A stretch of 64,000 nucleotides of DNA from Lepidodermella squamata (Eukaryota; Animalia; Gastrotricha): contig JBLDXI010000004.1 of assembly GCA_047495785.1 (NCBI GenBank), forward strand, positions 1 through 64,000. The letters run 5' to 3'. Of this stretch, positions 1-17,162 are shown piece by piece. A program made the position numbers and the translations under genes. The notes beneath the pieces are model-generated. The model did not search any database and was not told the DNA's origin. It saw only the letters and a program-made list of their open reading frames with translations. The stretch's first letter is position 1. Each line of letters starts with the position of its first letter.

Positions 1-449
1 ACACATCTCGTGAGAGTGGTAAAATAAATGTTATTAATTAGATTAACACCGTGTTAATCCAAGGCTGCTTAATGGTGGTGGCATGCAAGTAGTGATTTTT
101 GCGAAGCAATTAGGACCACTTAATATACTTGTCTTTTTTTAGCACAGCAACTATTGATCTATCGACATCCAAGACAAAATATTCTCTAAAGATATAACAG
201 CCTCTTAACAGCATATATATAGCAGCATAGGTTTCTTGCCCCGACAGCCGAGCTAGCGTGACCTTGCCGATCTAAAATCGGCGCAACTATATAATTCAAA
301 GATCGTTCAACTTGAACTTACAGGGCCGAAATAGAACAGCCGGAAAAGGCCGTCAGAAATCTTTGATACCTTCCTTTCAAAATCGACAACGGGCTCATCC
401 ACCCTCGAGGATAATTTAGGCAAAAAATCACACAAATTCACCGCTTACC

Positions 450-2520
450 GCAGGTTATTTGTGATGAAGCCTGTGAGTATTCGCTAGGTCTTTTCGAGAA
501 ATTGACATGGTGATGGTAAGTAGTTTGCAATCCTAGCAGAATCTTATATCTAGTATCTAGTTAAGAGATTTCAGGTTTCGCAAACTTGCTCTGGCGCGTA
601 CTCGAGAAGTCAGGTCTACAACAGCAACTTATATTCAACCCTAGCTGATATTGATACTTATAAATTTGCTGTTCTTGAGGCTATTCGAAGTGTTGGCAAG
701 TGGCGACAAGTCGGTGTTTTCTATTCGTGGTGGTTACGAGACATCGCAATCGGAGCCATGAATCTCTTCGCAACGCTAATTCAGAACGAAAATAATCGTG
801 AAAGAGTTCGTTGGGGTTAGTTTTTACAACGAAGCTAGCGATGGCCGATTTTGAAGCGCTGATGAATGTCCGGATCATAGTTCTGTATCCATCTGGATCT
901 GCAGAATGCGTTTACTTCCTCTGCCGGGCCTATCGCTACAACATTCGACCCCCATTTTACCACTGTATAATTTTACTCCCAGCCTGTTTAGCTTTGGCAT
1001 CGATGAATCTGCCTAATGCCTGCTCCCGCAACATTTTAGATCATCAGCTCAGGGGTAGTTTCTTCGTTGGGGTGCCTACAACCCCGTTTAAGTTACCAAC
1101 AAATTCAAGTTTAGGAATCAGTCCTATGCAGCTAAATACTATTGTCGACCGGAATTTAGCCTTCTTAACCGAGCCTGCGGGCGATGAGGCTATTAGATAT
1201 GCTACATTCGATGCATTCATGACAACACTAATCGTGTTAGATCGCACTGAGACTGCTCTCAAGAAAAACTGCAACTTGACTCTCAGGGACTATAAAGACC
1301 CAGCTAAGAGACATTATATTTACGAAGTTGCAAATCGAACTGCGGCAGGGATTAGGCTACACGGTTTTCGAAGTAGGGAAATAGCTCGAGGCAGGAATGG
1401 CGAAAATTACCAGGATCTATCGATTTTTCAGCCTGGTCTCCATCTAAGACCTCGTCTTGTTGCTCACTTGGAATATCAGTATGTTTTCAACTACGTCCTT
1501 GATGCTGAACCCATTTGGGCGACTAAGAATGGCAAGGCCCCAAAGGATTTGACAAAAATCGAGCTCAGGTTCGCTAAATGCGGACAGGGCTTAATTATAG
1601 GAATATCAAGTGTGTGTGGGATTTTCGTCCTGGGTCAGTTTGCTATTTTATACGTAACGATCAATTTACCACATGAAGCTTTTCTCGACGCAAGGAAAAA
1701 GGTCATAGTATTCGTTAGTTGCATGGGGATGAACGCCTCCTCGCTTTTTCTCGTGGTTGGATATGATTTAGCTCCCAAACAGGAATGCAAGTGGAGGCCC
1801 TTCTTGAATGGTATTGGCTTCAGTCTAATGTCCAGTCTAATATTAAGCCAAATTGTAGGCTACTCTAAAGTCAAGGTCAAAAAGATCCGCAAGGAGAACA
1901 AAGAACCGCGCTATTTGAACGGAATAACCAGGTTAAGAACGTTGATGCAGGCGCGAGCTAGCATAGCAGAAAGAACATCAACGAATGAAGTCATCTTTGC
2001 TGGATCGCGAATGATCCTAACTTTGGCGAGTAGCAGATTCGAAATCAGTTCCATAATCAGCAAAACCTTCTGCGCAACGTTTTTCTTCGAATCTTTCCTT
2101 CTTAGCTTGTGGATGATTGTTGAACCTCTGAGCATAACTCTCGTAACATCGGAAATTCGATTCGATGAATTCCAGGATACTTATTATAATATCACAATGC
2201 CGATGTGTGGTTCAGGTAATGCAAGGTATTGGTTAGTTGCTTTCTTAATTCTCGTTTTCCTGACCAACCTTGTTGCCAACTTCTACTCACTTAAAATAAG
2301 AAAGAAGAAATTTCCAGTCGGGTTTTCGCTGAGTGTCTTTCTCTTTAGAATCGCTGCAGTGGCAAGTGTGAGTATTTTGGGCGCTGGCTTCCTTATTGTT
2401 ATCATCGTAGCGAATTCAGGTAGTTCTTGTTATGTTAACTTTGCTTTGGCTGTGGTACAACTGATTTACTCACTCGTTATCTCAAGCATTCTACTTCTCC
2501 CTGTAGCTATTGTTATCTGA
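450..2520 (+). pseudogene. Mirror copy of the class C GPCR with apparent 1-bp frameshifts near the 5' end (possibly sequencing errors)
   Basis: ORF 811-2520 matches the right-arm copy from ADFEALMN onward. Single-base indels at ~483, ~790 and ~843 break the upstream frame. Intron at 516-574. Confidence 0.7.
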
Positions 2521-2823
2521 TAAATAGATGCTATTACCTTCATTATTCGTTTTCGAATTGCGGTTGCCGGGATCCCAAACAAAAAAATATGAAAATCGGT
2601 GACTTCACGTTTTAATATTGCGCTATTTGATAAATGTGATGACTGTTATCAAGTAAAAAGTGGGTTTTTGCGAATTTGTTGACATTTTTTCATAATTTTT
2701 TATTTAAAAATAGAGAGAACACACGCAGATAACTTAATAGTAGAATAACATTATAGGCGAGCTACACGAAAATGTGTTTGTAGTAAGTAAGCTTTAGCTC
2801 AACTTTTCTTGTAAAATAATAAA

Positions 2824-2994
2824 ATGCGCCACCTAACAACTATTACAATCAGTTTCCTTGCTTTGGTATCCGGAGTAGCGAATGCTCAAGATCTCGAATG
2901 TGGTTCTCTGAGCCCCACTGCCAGGGCGAAATCAAAAGGTCCAAGCAGCCAACCAGTAGTAGCACATGACTACCCTTGGCTGGTTACATTGTAG
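2824..2994 (+). pseudogene. Orphan first exon of a secreted trypsin-family protease (mirror copy 9981-10151, - strand)
   Basis: Translates to MRHLTTITISFLALVSGVANAQDLECG...VVAHDYPWLVTL: signal peptide, pro-region CG and the S1A-type YPW-x-V-x-L motif. No downstream protease exons found. Confidence 0.55.
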
Positions 2995-3287
2995 GCCGGG
3001 TTTGCAGGGTCAAAGTCCGATTTTTTTTGCCCGGTTGTTTACTGCGTCGTTTATGTGGTGGGGTGGTGGTGCGGTGGAGAATTCGTATTTTTTTCTGATG
3101 TTCCTCATTCATCACAAACCAAATAATTTATTGAGTGAGGATTTTGGATGGTTTGTGCAATTTTCTTTGCTGACCTCCTTGACAAGTGAAAAAGGGCCAT
3201 TTTTAACAATTACACATAGCGAGGGCGCAATTTGCTCAAGAGAGCTTACTTAAACTGTTACCATCTTTATCACCGTACAGCGAAATT

Positions 3288-4796
<1,509 letters not shown>

Positions 4797-7384
4797 AAAC
4801 TCCTGTAGCTCCCGTTCTAGCCGTTGAAATTCGATGTCCTGTTGGTGCAGTTGAAAATTGAAAATTGTGAAGCTGCTGCAAACGCGCTTGCCATTCCGAA
4901 GCCGCATGGCCTTGCCGTGTATTTACCTAATTTTCTCATTTCAACAGTAGAAGCGACGGTTTTTAATTACCGCAGATGCTATTGTTTGCTGAAAAGATTC
5001 CTAAATTGAACAAATACCCAGTGTATAGCACTAAGCTGGAGCTTATATATCTATTCATCTACCTTAGTCAACAGGAAAGCTGGGTTGAGCTGGGTTGAGC
5101 AGGTCGCGACATCAGAAGCGAGCTATTGCCATCAGGTTATGAAAACGTCAGCGAATATTACCGGAAAAGAATTCAGTTCGAAATCCCAGTCGATCAAATA
5201 TGGTTGCCCGATATTCAACACTTGAACGCTACCGATGAGTCGCGGCCTTTCAGAGAGTATAGCTAAATTTGAGAAACTTGTTCATCAAACCATATTTATT
5301 TTTTTCGCAGCAAAAACTGATCAAAGCCCGAGCATTTGTTGACTCGGAGCCAAGATTTCTTACCTACACAGTCAGGCTGTTACACAGTTCACAAGTAGCT
5401 GTTACTTTTTCAAGTATACGAAATTCCATTTGATACATTGACCTGTACATTTGAAATCGAAACTGAAAACCGAGCGAATGAATTAGACATTGAAATCGAT
5501 AGTATTCTATTTTCTCAAGTCTACTCGCCACTGCGCAACAACCTTGAGAGGAATAACGTTATGGAGACTACTCAAGGAAAATGCTGTTAACGCAAACTCG
5601 AAAATCGATAATTTACGATCAAGGCAAAAAATGAGCAAAAAATGGTCGCTCACACAAATTAAATCACCATTTTTCAGCCACACGCCATTACGCACTAGAA
5701 AATGACCGGTCGCAGGTAAACTGCAGCGATTTTCACCTTGTTAGACTCAATTTATTCTAAATCCAAATACATATTCGGAAAGCTCAGGTCAGCGCGATTG
5801 GATCGGCCGAAAAAATATTTAAAAAATCGCAATATTAAAGATTGCAGTTGCGATTTACGCGAATGAAGATTATCTCCAGCGATTCATGGAATTCCGCTAG
5901 CGTATTGTGGAATTACTTGAGAAAATATTGGCGATTTGGCACAAATATATTAATATCTCGACACACCAAGCACGATCCCAACCGTACTAATTCTAAATTC
6001 TAACCGTAAATTTAATTTCGCCCCTTTCCCTTGCCCAGATTCCCCTTTTCGATCTGTCCACGGTTGCATAGGGGCCCCTCTTCGGGAGCTTGTATTTTAA
6101 ATTGAACTGTTAGAATATCTTAATGCGCTGAGTGATGCGGTCTCACTCCGGGAGATCCCATATTCTACGGAATTCAACAAAACCGATAATTTTAGTTCGC
6201 TGAAACGACAGCTTACGCTCCGAACAGAAATCGATGATACCTATAGCACTCTAATTAAATATAGCATTCGTTTCGGAAATATAGATCGAGTACACATGCT
6301 CATGCAATATTTTTTGATACAGCACTCGTAAATCGTTTATATCTGAGCTCGCCGTACTCGATTTACTCATCTCCACTCGTCTGCGACTTGTTCCGATTCG
6401 TAAATCTCGGTCGGCTCCGTTCAGATATAGACTCTTTACTCGTGTTATATCATACAAATATAGTTTCACATAAACTATATGCCGAATTATTATCCCAAGC
6501 TCAATTTAATTCCCCAGTCTGAATAAGCCCCCTGTTGTCGGTTGCTTTCAAACAATAAGATACTCGGATATTAATTCGGCATATACGGTATAAATGTTCA
6601 TATAGTTTCATAGTGAGGAATTTTTCTATTCAATTTTATCGGAATCCATCGAAAATATGGAAAATGGGCTTTTATCGCGAATCGCAGACGACTTGAGCTT
6701 CGTTGGCCAGGCATTTATAGACCGAATAACGGAATAATTTTGTCACATTACGGTCAAGTCGTGTTCACAAAGTAATAGATTGCAGCTAGCCATATACTGT
6801 ATAAGGCTTACATACATGTAATTGCAGATTATCTCTCTTAATTATATCTAACATTTGGTTCTGCAACGAGGAAATTGTGAATTTCCATAAGTCACAAATA
6901 ATAGTAATGGCAACAGCAATGACATTGTCTATGAGCAATAATTATCATTATTTTTTATTTACTATTCCTGTGAAATTAAAAATGTTGACGGATGTAATCT
7001 TTACTATGCTTTCTAATCTTGGTCGGAAAATTAACTCCACGGAGATCAGATGAGCTCGTCAAGTCTCAATTGTGATGCGCATAAAAATGTGAAGGTGGAG
7101 ATAATCTTCATTCGCGTAAATCGCAACTGCAATCTTTAATATTGCGATTTTTAAAATATTTTTTCGGCCGATCCAATCGCGCTGACCTGAGCTTTCCGAA
7201 TATGTATTTGGATTTAGAATAAATTGAGTCTAACAAGGTGAAAATCGCTGCAGTTTACCTGCGACCGGTCATTTTCTAGTGCGTAATGGCGTGTGGCTGA
7301 AAAATGGTGATTTAATTTGTGTGAGCGACCATTTTTTGCTCATTTTTTGCCTTGATCGTAAATTATCGATTTTCGAGTTTGCGT

Positions 7385-7875
7385 TAACAGCATTTTCCTT
7401 GAGTAGTCTCCATAACGTTATTCCTCTCAAGGTTGTTGCGCAGTGGCGAGTAGACTTGAGAAAATAGAATACTATCGATTTCAATGTCTAATTCATTCGC
7501 TCGGTTTTCAGTTTCGATTTCAAATGTACAGGTCAATGTATCAAATGGGAATTTCGTATACTTGAAAAAGTAACAGCTACTTGTGAACTGTGTAACAGCC
7601 TGACTGTGTAGGTAAGAAATCTTGGCTCCGAGTCAACAAATGCTCGGGCTTTGATCAGTTTTTGCTGCGAAAAAAATAAATATGGTTTGATGAACAAGTT
7701 TCTCAAATTTAGCTATACTCTCTGAAAGGCCGCGACTCATCGGTAGCGTTCAAGTGTTGAATATCGGGCAACCATATTTGATCGACTGGGATTTCGAACT
7801 GAATTCTTTTCCGGTAATATTCGCTGACGTTTTCATAACCTGATGGCAATAGCTCGCTTCTGATGTCGCGACCTG
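7385..7875 (-). pseudogene. Cys-loop ligand-gated ion channel ectodomain fragments (mirror ~5100-5590, + strand)
   Basis: Translates to EIPVDQIWLPDIQHLNA (WxPD motif) and SCYFFKYTKFPFDTLTCTFEIE (Cys-loop-like with FPFD, C-x14-C). The left-arm copy has a 1-bp deletion at ~5425 within FPFD. No transmembrane exons recognised. Confidence 0.65.
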
Positions 7876-8178
7876 CTCAACCCAGCTCAACCCAGCTTTC
7901 CTGTTGACTAAGGTAGATGAATAGATATATAAGCTCCAGCTTAGTGCTATACACTGGGTATTTGTTCAATTTAGGAATCTTTTCAGCAAACAATAGCATC
8001 TGCGGTAATTAAAAACCGTCGCTTCTACTGTTGAAATGAGAAAATTAGGTAAATACACGGCAAGGCCATGCGGCTTCGGAATGGCAAGCGCGTTTGCAGC
8101 AGCTTCACAATTTTCAATTTTCAACTGCACCAACAGGACATCGAATTTCAACGGCTAGAACGGGAGCTACAGGAGTTT

Positions 8179-9687
<1,509 letters not shown>

Positions 9688-10454
9688 AATTTCGCTGTAC
9701 GGTGATAAAGATGGTAACAGTTTAAGTAAGCTCTCTTGAGCAAATTGCGCCCTCGCTATGTGTAATTGTTAAAAATGGCCCTTTTTCACTTGTCAAGGAG
9801 GTCAGCAAAGAAAATTGCACAAACCATCCAAAATCCTCACTCAATAAATTATTTGGTTTGTGATGAATGAGGAACATCAGAAAAAAATACGAATTCTCCA
9901 CCGCACCACCACCCCACCACATAAACGACGCAGTAAACAACCGGGCAAAAAAAATCGGACTTTGACCCTGCAAACCCGGCCTACAATGTAACCAGCCAAG
10001 GGTAGTCATGTGCTACTACTGGTTGGCTGCTTGGACCTTTTGATTTCGCCCTGGCAGTGGGGCTCAGAGAACCACATTCGAGATCTTGAGCATTCGCTAC
10101 TCCGGATACCAAAGCAAGGAAACTGATTGTAATAGTTGTTAGGTGGCGCATTTTATTATTTTACAAGAAAAGTTGAGCTAAAGCTTACTTACTACAAACA
10201 CATTTTCGTGTAGCTCGCCTATAATGTTATTCTACTATTAAGTTATCTGCGTGTGTTCTCTCTATTTTTAAATAAAAAATTATGAAAAAATGTCAACAAA
10301 TTCGCAAAAACCCACTTTTTACTTGATAACAGTCATCACATTTATCAAATAGCGCAATATTAAAACGTGAAGTCACCGATTTTCATATTTTTTTGTTTGG
10401 GATCCCGGCAACCGCAATTCGAAAACGAATAATGAAGGTAATAGCATCTATTTA

Positions 10455-12525
10455 TCAGATAACAATAGCTACAGGGAGAAGTAGAATGCTTGAGATAACG
10501 AGTGAGTAAATCAGTTGTACCACAGCCAAAGCAAAGTTAACATAACAAGAACTACCTGAATTCGCTACGATGATAACAATAAGGAAGCCAGCGCCCAAAA
10601 TACTCACACTTGCCACTGCAGCGATTCTAAAGAGAAAGACACTCAGCGAAAACCCGACTGGAAATTTCTTCTTTCTTATTTTAAGTGAGTAGAAGTTGGC
10701 AACAAGGTTGGTCAGGAAAACGAGAATTAAGAAAGCAACTAACCAATACCTTGCATTACCTGAACCACACATCGGCATTGTGATATTATAATAAGTATCC
10801 TGGAATTCATCGAATCGAATTTCCGATGTTACGAGAGTTATGCTCAGAGGTTCAACAATCATCCACAAGCTAAGAAGGAAAGATTCGAAGAAAAACGTTG
10901 CGCAGAAGGTTTTGCTGATTATGGAACTGATTTCGAATCTGCTACTCGCCAAAGTTAGGATCATTCGCGATCCAGCAAAGATGACTTCATTCGTTGATGT
11001 TCTTTCTGCTATGCTAGCTCGCGCCTGCATCAACGTTCTTAACCTGGTTATTCCGTTCAAATAGCGCGGTTCTTTGTTCTCCTTGCGGATCTTTTTGACC
11101 TTGACTTTAGAGTAGCCTACAATTTGGCTTAATATTAGACTGGACATTAGACTGAAGCCAATACCATTCAAGAAGGGCCTCCACTTGCATTCCTGTTTGG
11201 GAGCTAAATCATATCCAACCACGAGAAAAAGCGAGGAGGCGTTCATCCCCATGCAACTAACGAATACTATGACCTTTTTCCTTGCGTCGAGAAAAGCTTC
11301 ATGTGGTAAATTGATCGTTACGTATAAAATAGCAAACTGACCCAGGACGAAAATCCCACACACACTTGATATTCCTATAATTAAGCCCTGTCCGCATTTA
11401 GCGAACCTGAGCTCGATTTTTGTCAAATCCTTTGGGGCCTTGCCATTCTTAGTCGCCCAAATGGGTTCAGCATCAAGGACGTAGTTGAAAACATACTGAT
11501 ATTCCAAGTGAGCAACAAGACGAGGTCTTAGATGGAGACCAGGCTGAAAAATCGATAGATCCTGGTAATTTTCGCCATTCCTGCCTCGAGCTATTTCCCT
11601 ACTTCGAAAACCGTGTAGCCTAATCCCTGCCGCAGTTCGATTTGCAACTTCGTAAATATAATGTCTCTTAGCTGGGTCTTTATAGTCCCTGAGAGTCAAG
11701 TTGCAGTTTTTCTTGAGAGCAGTCTCAGTGCGATCTAACACGATTAGTGTTGTCATGAATGCATCGAATGTAGCATATCTAATAGCCTCATCGCCCGCAG
11801 GCTCGGTTAAGAAGGCTAAATTCCGGTCGACAATAGTATTTAGCTGCATAGGACTGATTCCTAAACTTGAATTTGTTGGTAACTTAAACGGGGTTGTAGG
11901 CACCCCAACGAAGAAACTACCCCTGAGCTGATGATCTAAAATGTTGCGGGAGCAGGCATTAGGCAGATTCATCGATGCCAAAGCTAAACAGGCTGGGAGT
12001 AAAATTATACAGTGGTAAAATGGGGGTCGAATGTTGTAGCGATAGGCCCGGCAGAGGAAGTAAACGCATTCTGCAGATCCAGATGGATACAGAACTATGA
12101 TCCGGACATTCATCAGCGCTTCAAAATCGGCATCGCTAGCTTCGTTGTAAAAACTAACCCCAACGAACTCTTTCACGATTATTTCGTTCTGAATTAGCGT
12201 TGCGAAGAGATTCATGGCTCCGATTGCGATGTCTCGTAACCACCACGAATAGAAAACACCGACTTGTCGCCACTTGCCAACACTTCGAATAGCCTCAAGA
12301 ACAGCAAATTTATAAGTATCAATATCAGCTAGGGTTGAATATAAGTTGCTGTTGTAGACCTGACTTCTCGAGTACGCGCCAGAGCAAGTTTGCGAAACCT
12401 GAAATCTCTTAACTAGATACTAGATATAAGATTCTGCTAGGATTGCAAACTACTTACCATCACCATGTCAATTTCTCGAAAAGACCTAGCCGAATACTCA
12501 CAGGCTTCATCACAAATAACCTGCG
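10455..12525 (-). CDS. Class C (GABA-B-like) G-protein-coupled receptor: partial Venus-flytrap ectodomain plus 7TM; 5' end uncertain
   Basis: 586-aa ORF with 7 hydrophobic segments and class C motifs: CKWRPFLNGIGFSL (TM3), LWMIVEPL (TM4), C-x-S-x4-YW before TM5, and YATFDAF in the ectodomain. The frame extends upstream (VSQTCSGAYSRSQVYNSNLYSTLAD...KWRQVGVFY) across a 59-bp GT-AG intron at 12399-12457. Confidence 0.8.
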
Positions 12526-13011
12526 GTAAGCGGTGAATTTGTGTGATTTTTTGCCTAAATTATCCTCGAGGGTGGATGAGCCCGTTGTCGATTTTGAAAG
12601 GAAGGTATCAAAGATTTCTGACGGCCTTTTCCGGCTGTTCTATTTCGGCCCTGTAAGTTCAAGTTGAACGATCTTTGAATTATATAGTTGCGCCGATTTT
12701 AGATCGGCAAGGTCACGCTAGCTCGGCTGTCGGGGCAAGAAACCTATGCTGCTATATATATGCTGTTAAGAGGCTGTTATATCTTTAGGAGAATATTTTG
12801 TCTTGGATGTCGATAGATCAATAGTTGCTGTGCTAAAAAAAGACAAGTATATTAAGTGGTCCTAATTGCTTCGCAAAAATCACTACTTGCATGCCACCAC
12901 CATTAAGCAGCCTTGGATTAACACGGTGTTAATCTAATTAATAACATTTATTTTACTTTGAAGCCTATTTTTTTTATTTACGTGGAATCCATGCTGCTTC
13001 GAAGCGTTTAA

Positions 13012-13515
13012 CACTTTAACTGCCAAAAATAGACTGCGAGGTCCGATATTTGGGTCTAATTTCTGGGTCTGTCAAAAAGTCATTTATTTCGGTTCAACGA
13101 TGCGTCGAGGGGCAGAATGCCTGACGGCAAAGTGTAGGCCATGTCCCGGCGGTTCTTTTGACACCGAATTCGGGGCCAAAGACTTCAAGGAACGCACAGA
13201 AATCAAACTTGAAAAACAGTGAAATTTCAATTGTTGCGCCATAATCTGGGTCTAATAATTAGGTCCGATTCTTGGGTCTGATTTTTGGCTCTAATCCAAA
13301 ATTTCGACGTTCTTTCACTGTCATTTTCAATGACCTGCTCAGACCTTGTGGCCCCGAATTCGGTGTCAAAAGAACCGCCAGGTCATGGCCTACACTTTGC
13401 CGTCAGGCATTCTGCCCCTCGACGCATCGTTGAACCGAAATAAATGACTTTTTGACAGACCCAGGAATTTGACCCAAATATCGGACCTCGCAGTCTATTT
13501 TTGGCAGTTAAAGTG
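13012..13515. mobile_element. MITE with ~170-bp terminal inverted repeats, probably piggyBac-like
   Basis: CACTTTAACTGCCAAAAATAGACTGCGAGGTCCGATATTTGGGTC... is mirrored at ~13340-13515. Flanks are TTAA on the left and TTTA on the right. Confidence 0.75.
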
Positions 13516-13906
13516 TTTATTTGAAGCCTGCTATTAACTTTTCCCTACTCTGTGCCAGGGTTCACTAGTGTTTATTTTCGGTTTTAACCATACCGGTTTT
13601 AACCGGTGTCTATTCGGTATTTATTTTTCGTTGAATAAAAACCGGTTTTTAGCGCGAAAATTTCAAGTGAGAAAAGACACTGCCGTTGAACAATTTGAGC
13701 AAATAAACAGTCTAATAGCGCGATTTTACAGCCTGGCTCGACGTCTAATGTGTGGTGACGAGGATTTTACAACTTTCCTACGACATGACACGTCGTAAGC
13801 GGATTAGCCTCATGCCGGAAACAGTCAGTTGGGTTCGCATCGCTGAATTTATCAGATAACATTAAACAACTATTCATAAATTTTTATAAATTCACGTTTG
13901 AATAAA

Positions 13907-16900
13907 ATGCCACGACCACCGTCAAAGTTCAACCTCTATTTTCAATATCTGGGTATTGATCCGAACAGCGCTGCGAAAAATTCAGTGTCGTTGTGCAAGT
14001 GCATCTATTGTGGTGAAACCATCCATCACCGAGCCGAAAGAATGATCACTCACCTGAAAAATTGTCTCGAAGTTCCTCCAGCCGTGAAAAGGTCCATCGA
14101 TGAATCTGATCAGCCGGTTGTTAACGCATCAACCCCAAGATCTGTAAAACGAGCCGGCACGCCGCTTGTCGAGATTGAAGATACTCCCAAAAGGGCCAAG
14201 GTATTTCTCAACAATGGCGTCAACAAGCGCGAGATTGACAAGCAATTGATGAAGGCTTTTGCGTCATGTCGATTTCCCATTACAGCCGTGAAAAATCCTG
14301 AGCTGAGGAAGTTTTTCGAGCTCGTTAGCTACAACCCTCCGTGCGAAGCAACAATGCGTCTTCTCTTAGATACGGTAACGGACGAAGTTCAGAAGGTTGA
14401 GGACTTGAAACTTGTTGGCGAGAAGGGGACTCTTGAGCAAGACGGTTATTCAGGTCAATGCAATCGAGGAATGACTTCTCAAATTTATTCCGGCCAAAGC
14501 GGCATCTTTTACCTGGGCTCTGAGGAAATCACGGAAGAAGGAAGTTCGGCTGAAGTCTGCCTGCGTCACGTCGAAAAAGCCATTACGGACCTGAAGGCAA
14601 AGAAAGCTGAGCCAGTTGCATTTGTTAGCGATAACGAAAACAAAATGGTCCTGCTTCGAAAGAATTTAGCGAAGAATCACCCAGAGCTGGCTGTTTTTGG
14701 TTGTTCCATTCATTTGGCCGATCTTATCCTGGAGGACCTCGCGGCATTTTTCTCAAACGTCCTTGCCAAACTGAAGCAAGTAAACGTGGCGTTCAAAACA
14801 CATCGTTTATCGAGTTTCTTAAGAAAGGTTCAAGGTGCTCACGCCGCAATTTTACCACCGGCAACTCGTTGGCATTATTGGGTTGACATGATTGATAACT
14901 GGTTTTACAATCGTCAATACTACTTACAGGTAATTTTTAAAATTTTAAAATTATTTAAAAAATTAAAAAAATTATTTTGAAATTTGAATTTAAATTCTAA
15001 ATGTATTTCAAATATTTTAGAATGTTAAAATTTTAAATTAGTTAATAGTTTCAAAAATAAATTTTAAATTTTAAATTAGCTACTGAGGATTATAAGATAG
15101 GATTTTCAATTTAAATTTTTAAATTTAAATAATTTAACACACTGGCTCCTGGGGGTTTTGCAAAAATGCACTTTTCAGACACCCCCCCATTTTTTTTTCT
15201 TAATCGATAGAGGACATCAATACAAAAGTTTTGGCACATATCAAAAAATCCGGATCGTCACGGTTATTACGTAATAACGATTTTTGTAAATACACACATG
15301 TGTGTATATGGCGTATGTTTGTGCTAGACGATACACACATGTGTGTGTATGGTGTACATGGATGTTTGTGTGAATTACACACATGTGTGTACGTGGTGAG
15401 CCGACATATGTTGCAATGAACGTTTTCTAGAATATTATTCACCCAAGTGTGAATTTGGTTTTGTTGAGTTCATTTTCAAATTTTGATTTGAAATTTGTAT
15501 CATTGTTGTCAACCAATCAATGTCAAGAGCTAAACAAACAAAGCGTGCGCGGGATTTCTCGCCGGAATTTCTATAAGGAAGGTGAAAGAAGAACGAGGAC
15601 CTGATGGCCGAAGAAAACGAACAGATTGTCAGCTTTGTAAAAGACTCGGCCTAAGAAAAGCGACATCAGAATTTTGTCAGACATGCCTAATAGCCGTCTG
15701 TAAAAAATGCTGGATAAAACATCAGCTTGAAAAATGACGATTTTTTCTCTAAATGGAATTTTGTTTAATTGTTGATCATTCACCTGTTTTAAGTAAAATC
15801 GAATATGCTCTTTCCAGTGGTGATAATTAAAAAATTCGGAAAAATTGTTTTGGTATCGAAATCGATATCGATAATTATCGATTTTTAAAATCACCTATTT
15901 CTGTGAGTGATGGTCCGAATCTGATGGCAGATTATTGATCTAGGCCCAATAATTAGGTAAACCTGTCAATTTGACTCATCCCACCCTCATGGTAATGGAG
16001 ATAGCGATCTATACACACATGTGTGTATATGGGGCACTATATAGTAAACTTATACACACATGTGTGTATATAACAGTCAATGTGTTAAATTAATTTTTTA
16101 AATTTAATTTAATTTTTTAATTTAAAATTTTCTTATAAATTTTTTTAAATTTTGAATTTTTTATAAGATTTTGGGATCTTCATTGGAAATAGCCCGTGAC
16201 TACCCCGAAGAATTGAAGACGCTGCAAGACGAGCTGGTTATTGACAAAGTTACCGAGTTCCGAGAAATTGCCGGCCCAATCAAGGAAGCGATGATGCGAA
16301 TGCAATCAGACTCATACCCGGCTAGCTATGCTCAGGCAGACTGGTTGAAAATTCGTGAGCAGATGAAGTCTCTTCCTGTCCGAGTGTTTGGAAACAAGGC
16401 GAAAAGAGCCGAATTCCTGGCCAAGTTCGCTAAGAGAATGTCGCTCGCACTTTCGCCTGCGCACCACGCGGCTGCTGTCCTGGATCCACGAGTCGATCGA
16501 ACGGGCATGATGAAGGAGGAGAAAAATCTTGCGAGAGATTATTTGCTTGCTAAAGGCATTAACGAGGATGTTATTGCTTCAATGCTTACTAACGACTGGT
16601 CGTTCTTGAAGGTAACGCGTGTTTGAAACGTGACTAATTTGCATATGCAAAAATTTCAAAAATTAGCTTTTTATGAATATTTCCAATTTCTATATTTTTC
16701 TTTCCCTCCTAGGTCGGAAACATCACTCATTTTGTTAATACACATCGGAAGAAGGATTTCGTCACGTTTTGGAGACTGGCTTTGGTAGAGGGTGGGCGCT
16801 ATGACGACCTCGCTAGGGTGATGGAACTGGTATCGAACATCGGGGCTATACGATCGACCAGTGCCAGTGTTGAACGGCTTTTTTCATCTTATGGCTTGAC

Positions 16901-17162
16901 TTGGACAGCTTTGCGAAATAGGCTGAAGTTGGAGACAGCCCACAAGCTGGTCTATCTTAATTTAGTGCTCAAACAACGGCATCAACAAATGAGAAAGGTC
17001 AAGGCATCTGACCTCCAGGTGGTTGAGTTGCCTGTCGATGTGCCTGTCGTCGACATCTTTGACCCCGAGGAAATCGACGACGAGAATGCCGAGGTGCTGC
17101 TTTCTTTGGCCGAAAATGACTCCGATGAAGACGAAAACATTTTTAAACACAGTTATGAATGA
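13907..17162 (+). CDS. hAT transposase, 3 exons (13907-14929, 16168-16611, 16713-17162), ~640 aa
   Basis: BED zinc finger (CKCIYC...HLKNC), QDGY, VSDNENKM, CSIHLADL, PATRW, AAAVLDPR and the dimerisation motif SASVERLFSSYGLTWTALRNRL. Both GT-AG introns are phase 0 and keep the frame. Confidence 0.93.
15138..16084. mobile_element. Non-autonomous piggyBac-like element nested in intron 1 of the hAT transposase
   Basis: TTAA|CACACTGGCT...AGTCAATGTG|TTAA, with a repeated internal palindrome TATACACACATGTGTGTATA. Confidence 0.8.

Noticed and set aside
5879-7095. Coding content of the palindrome spacer (e.g. ORF 6251-6469)
   Set aside because: No recognisable motif or consistent exon chain.
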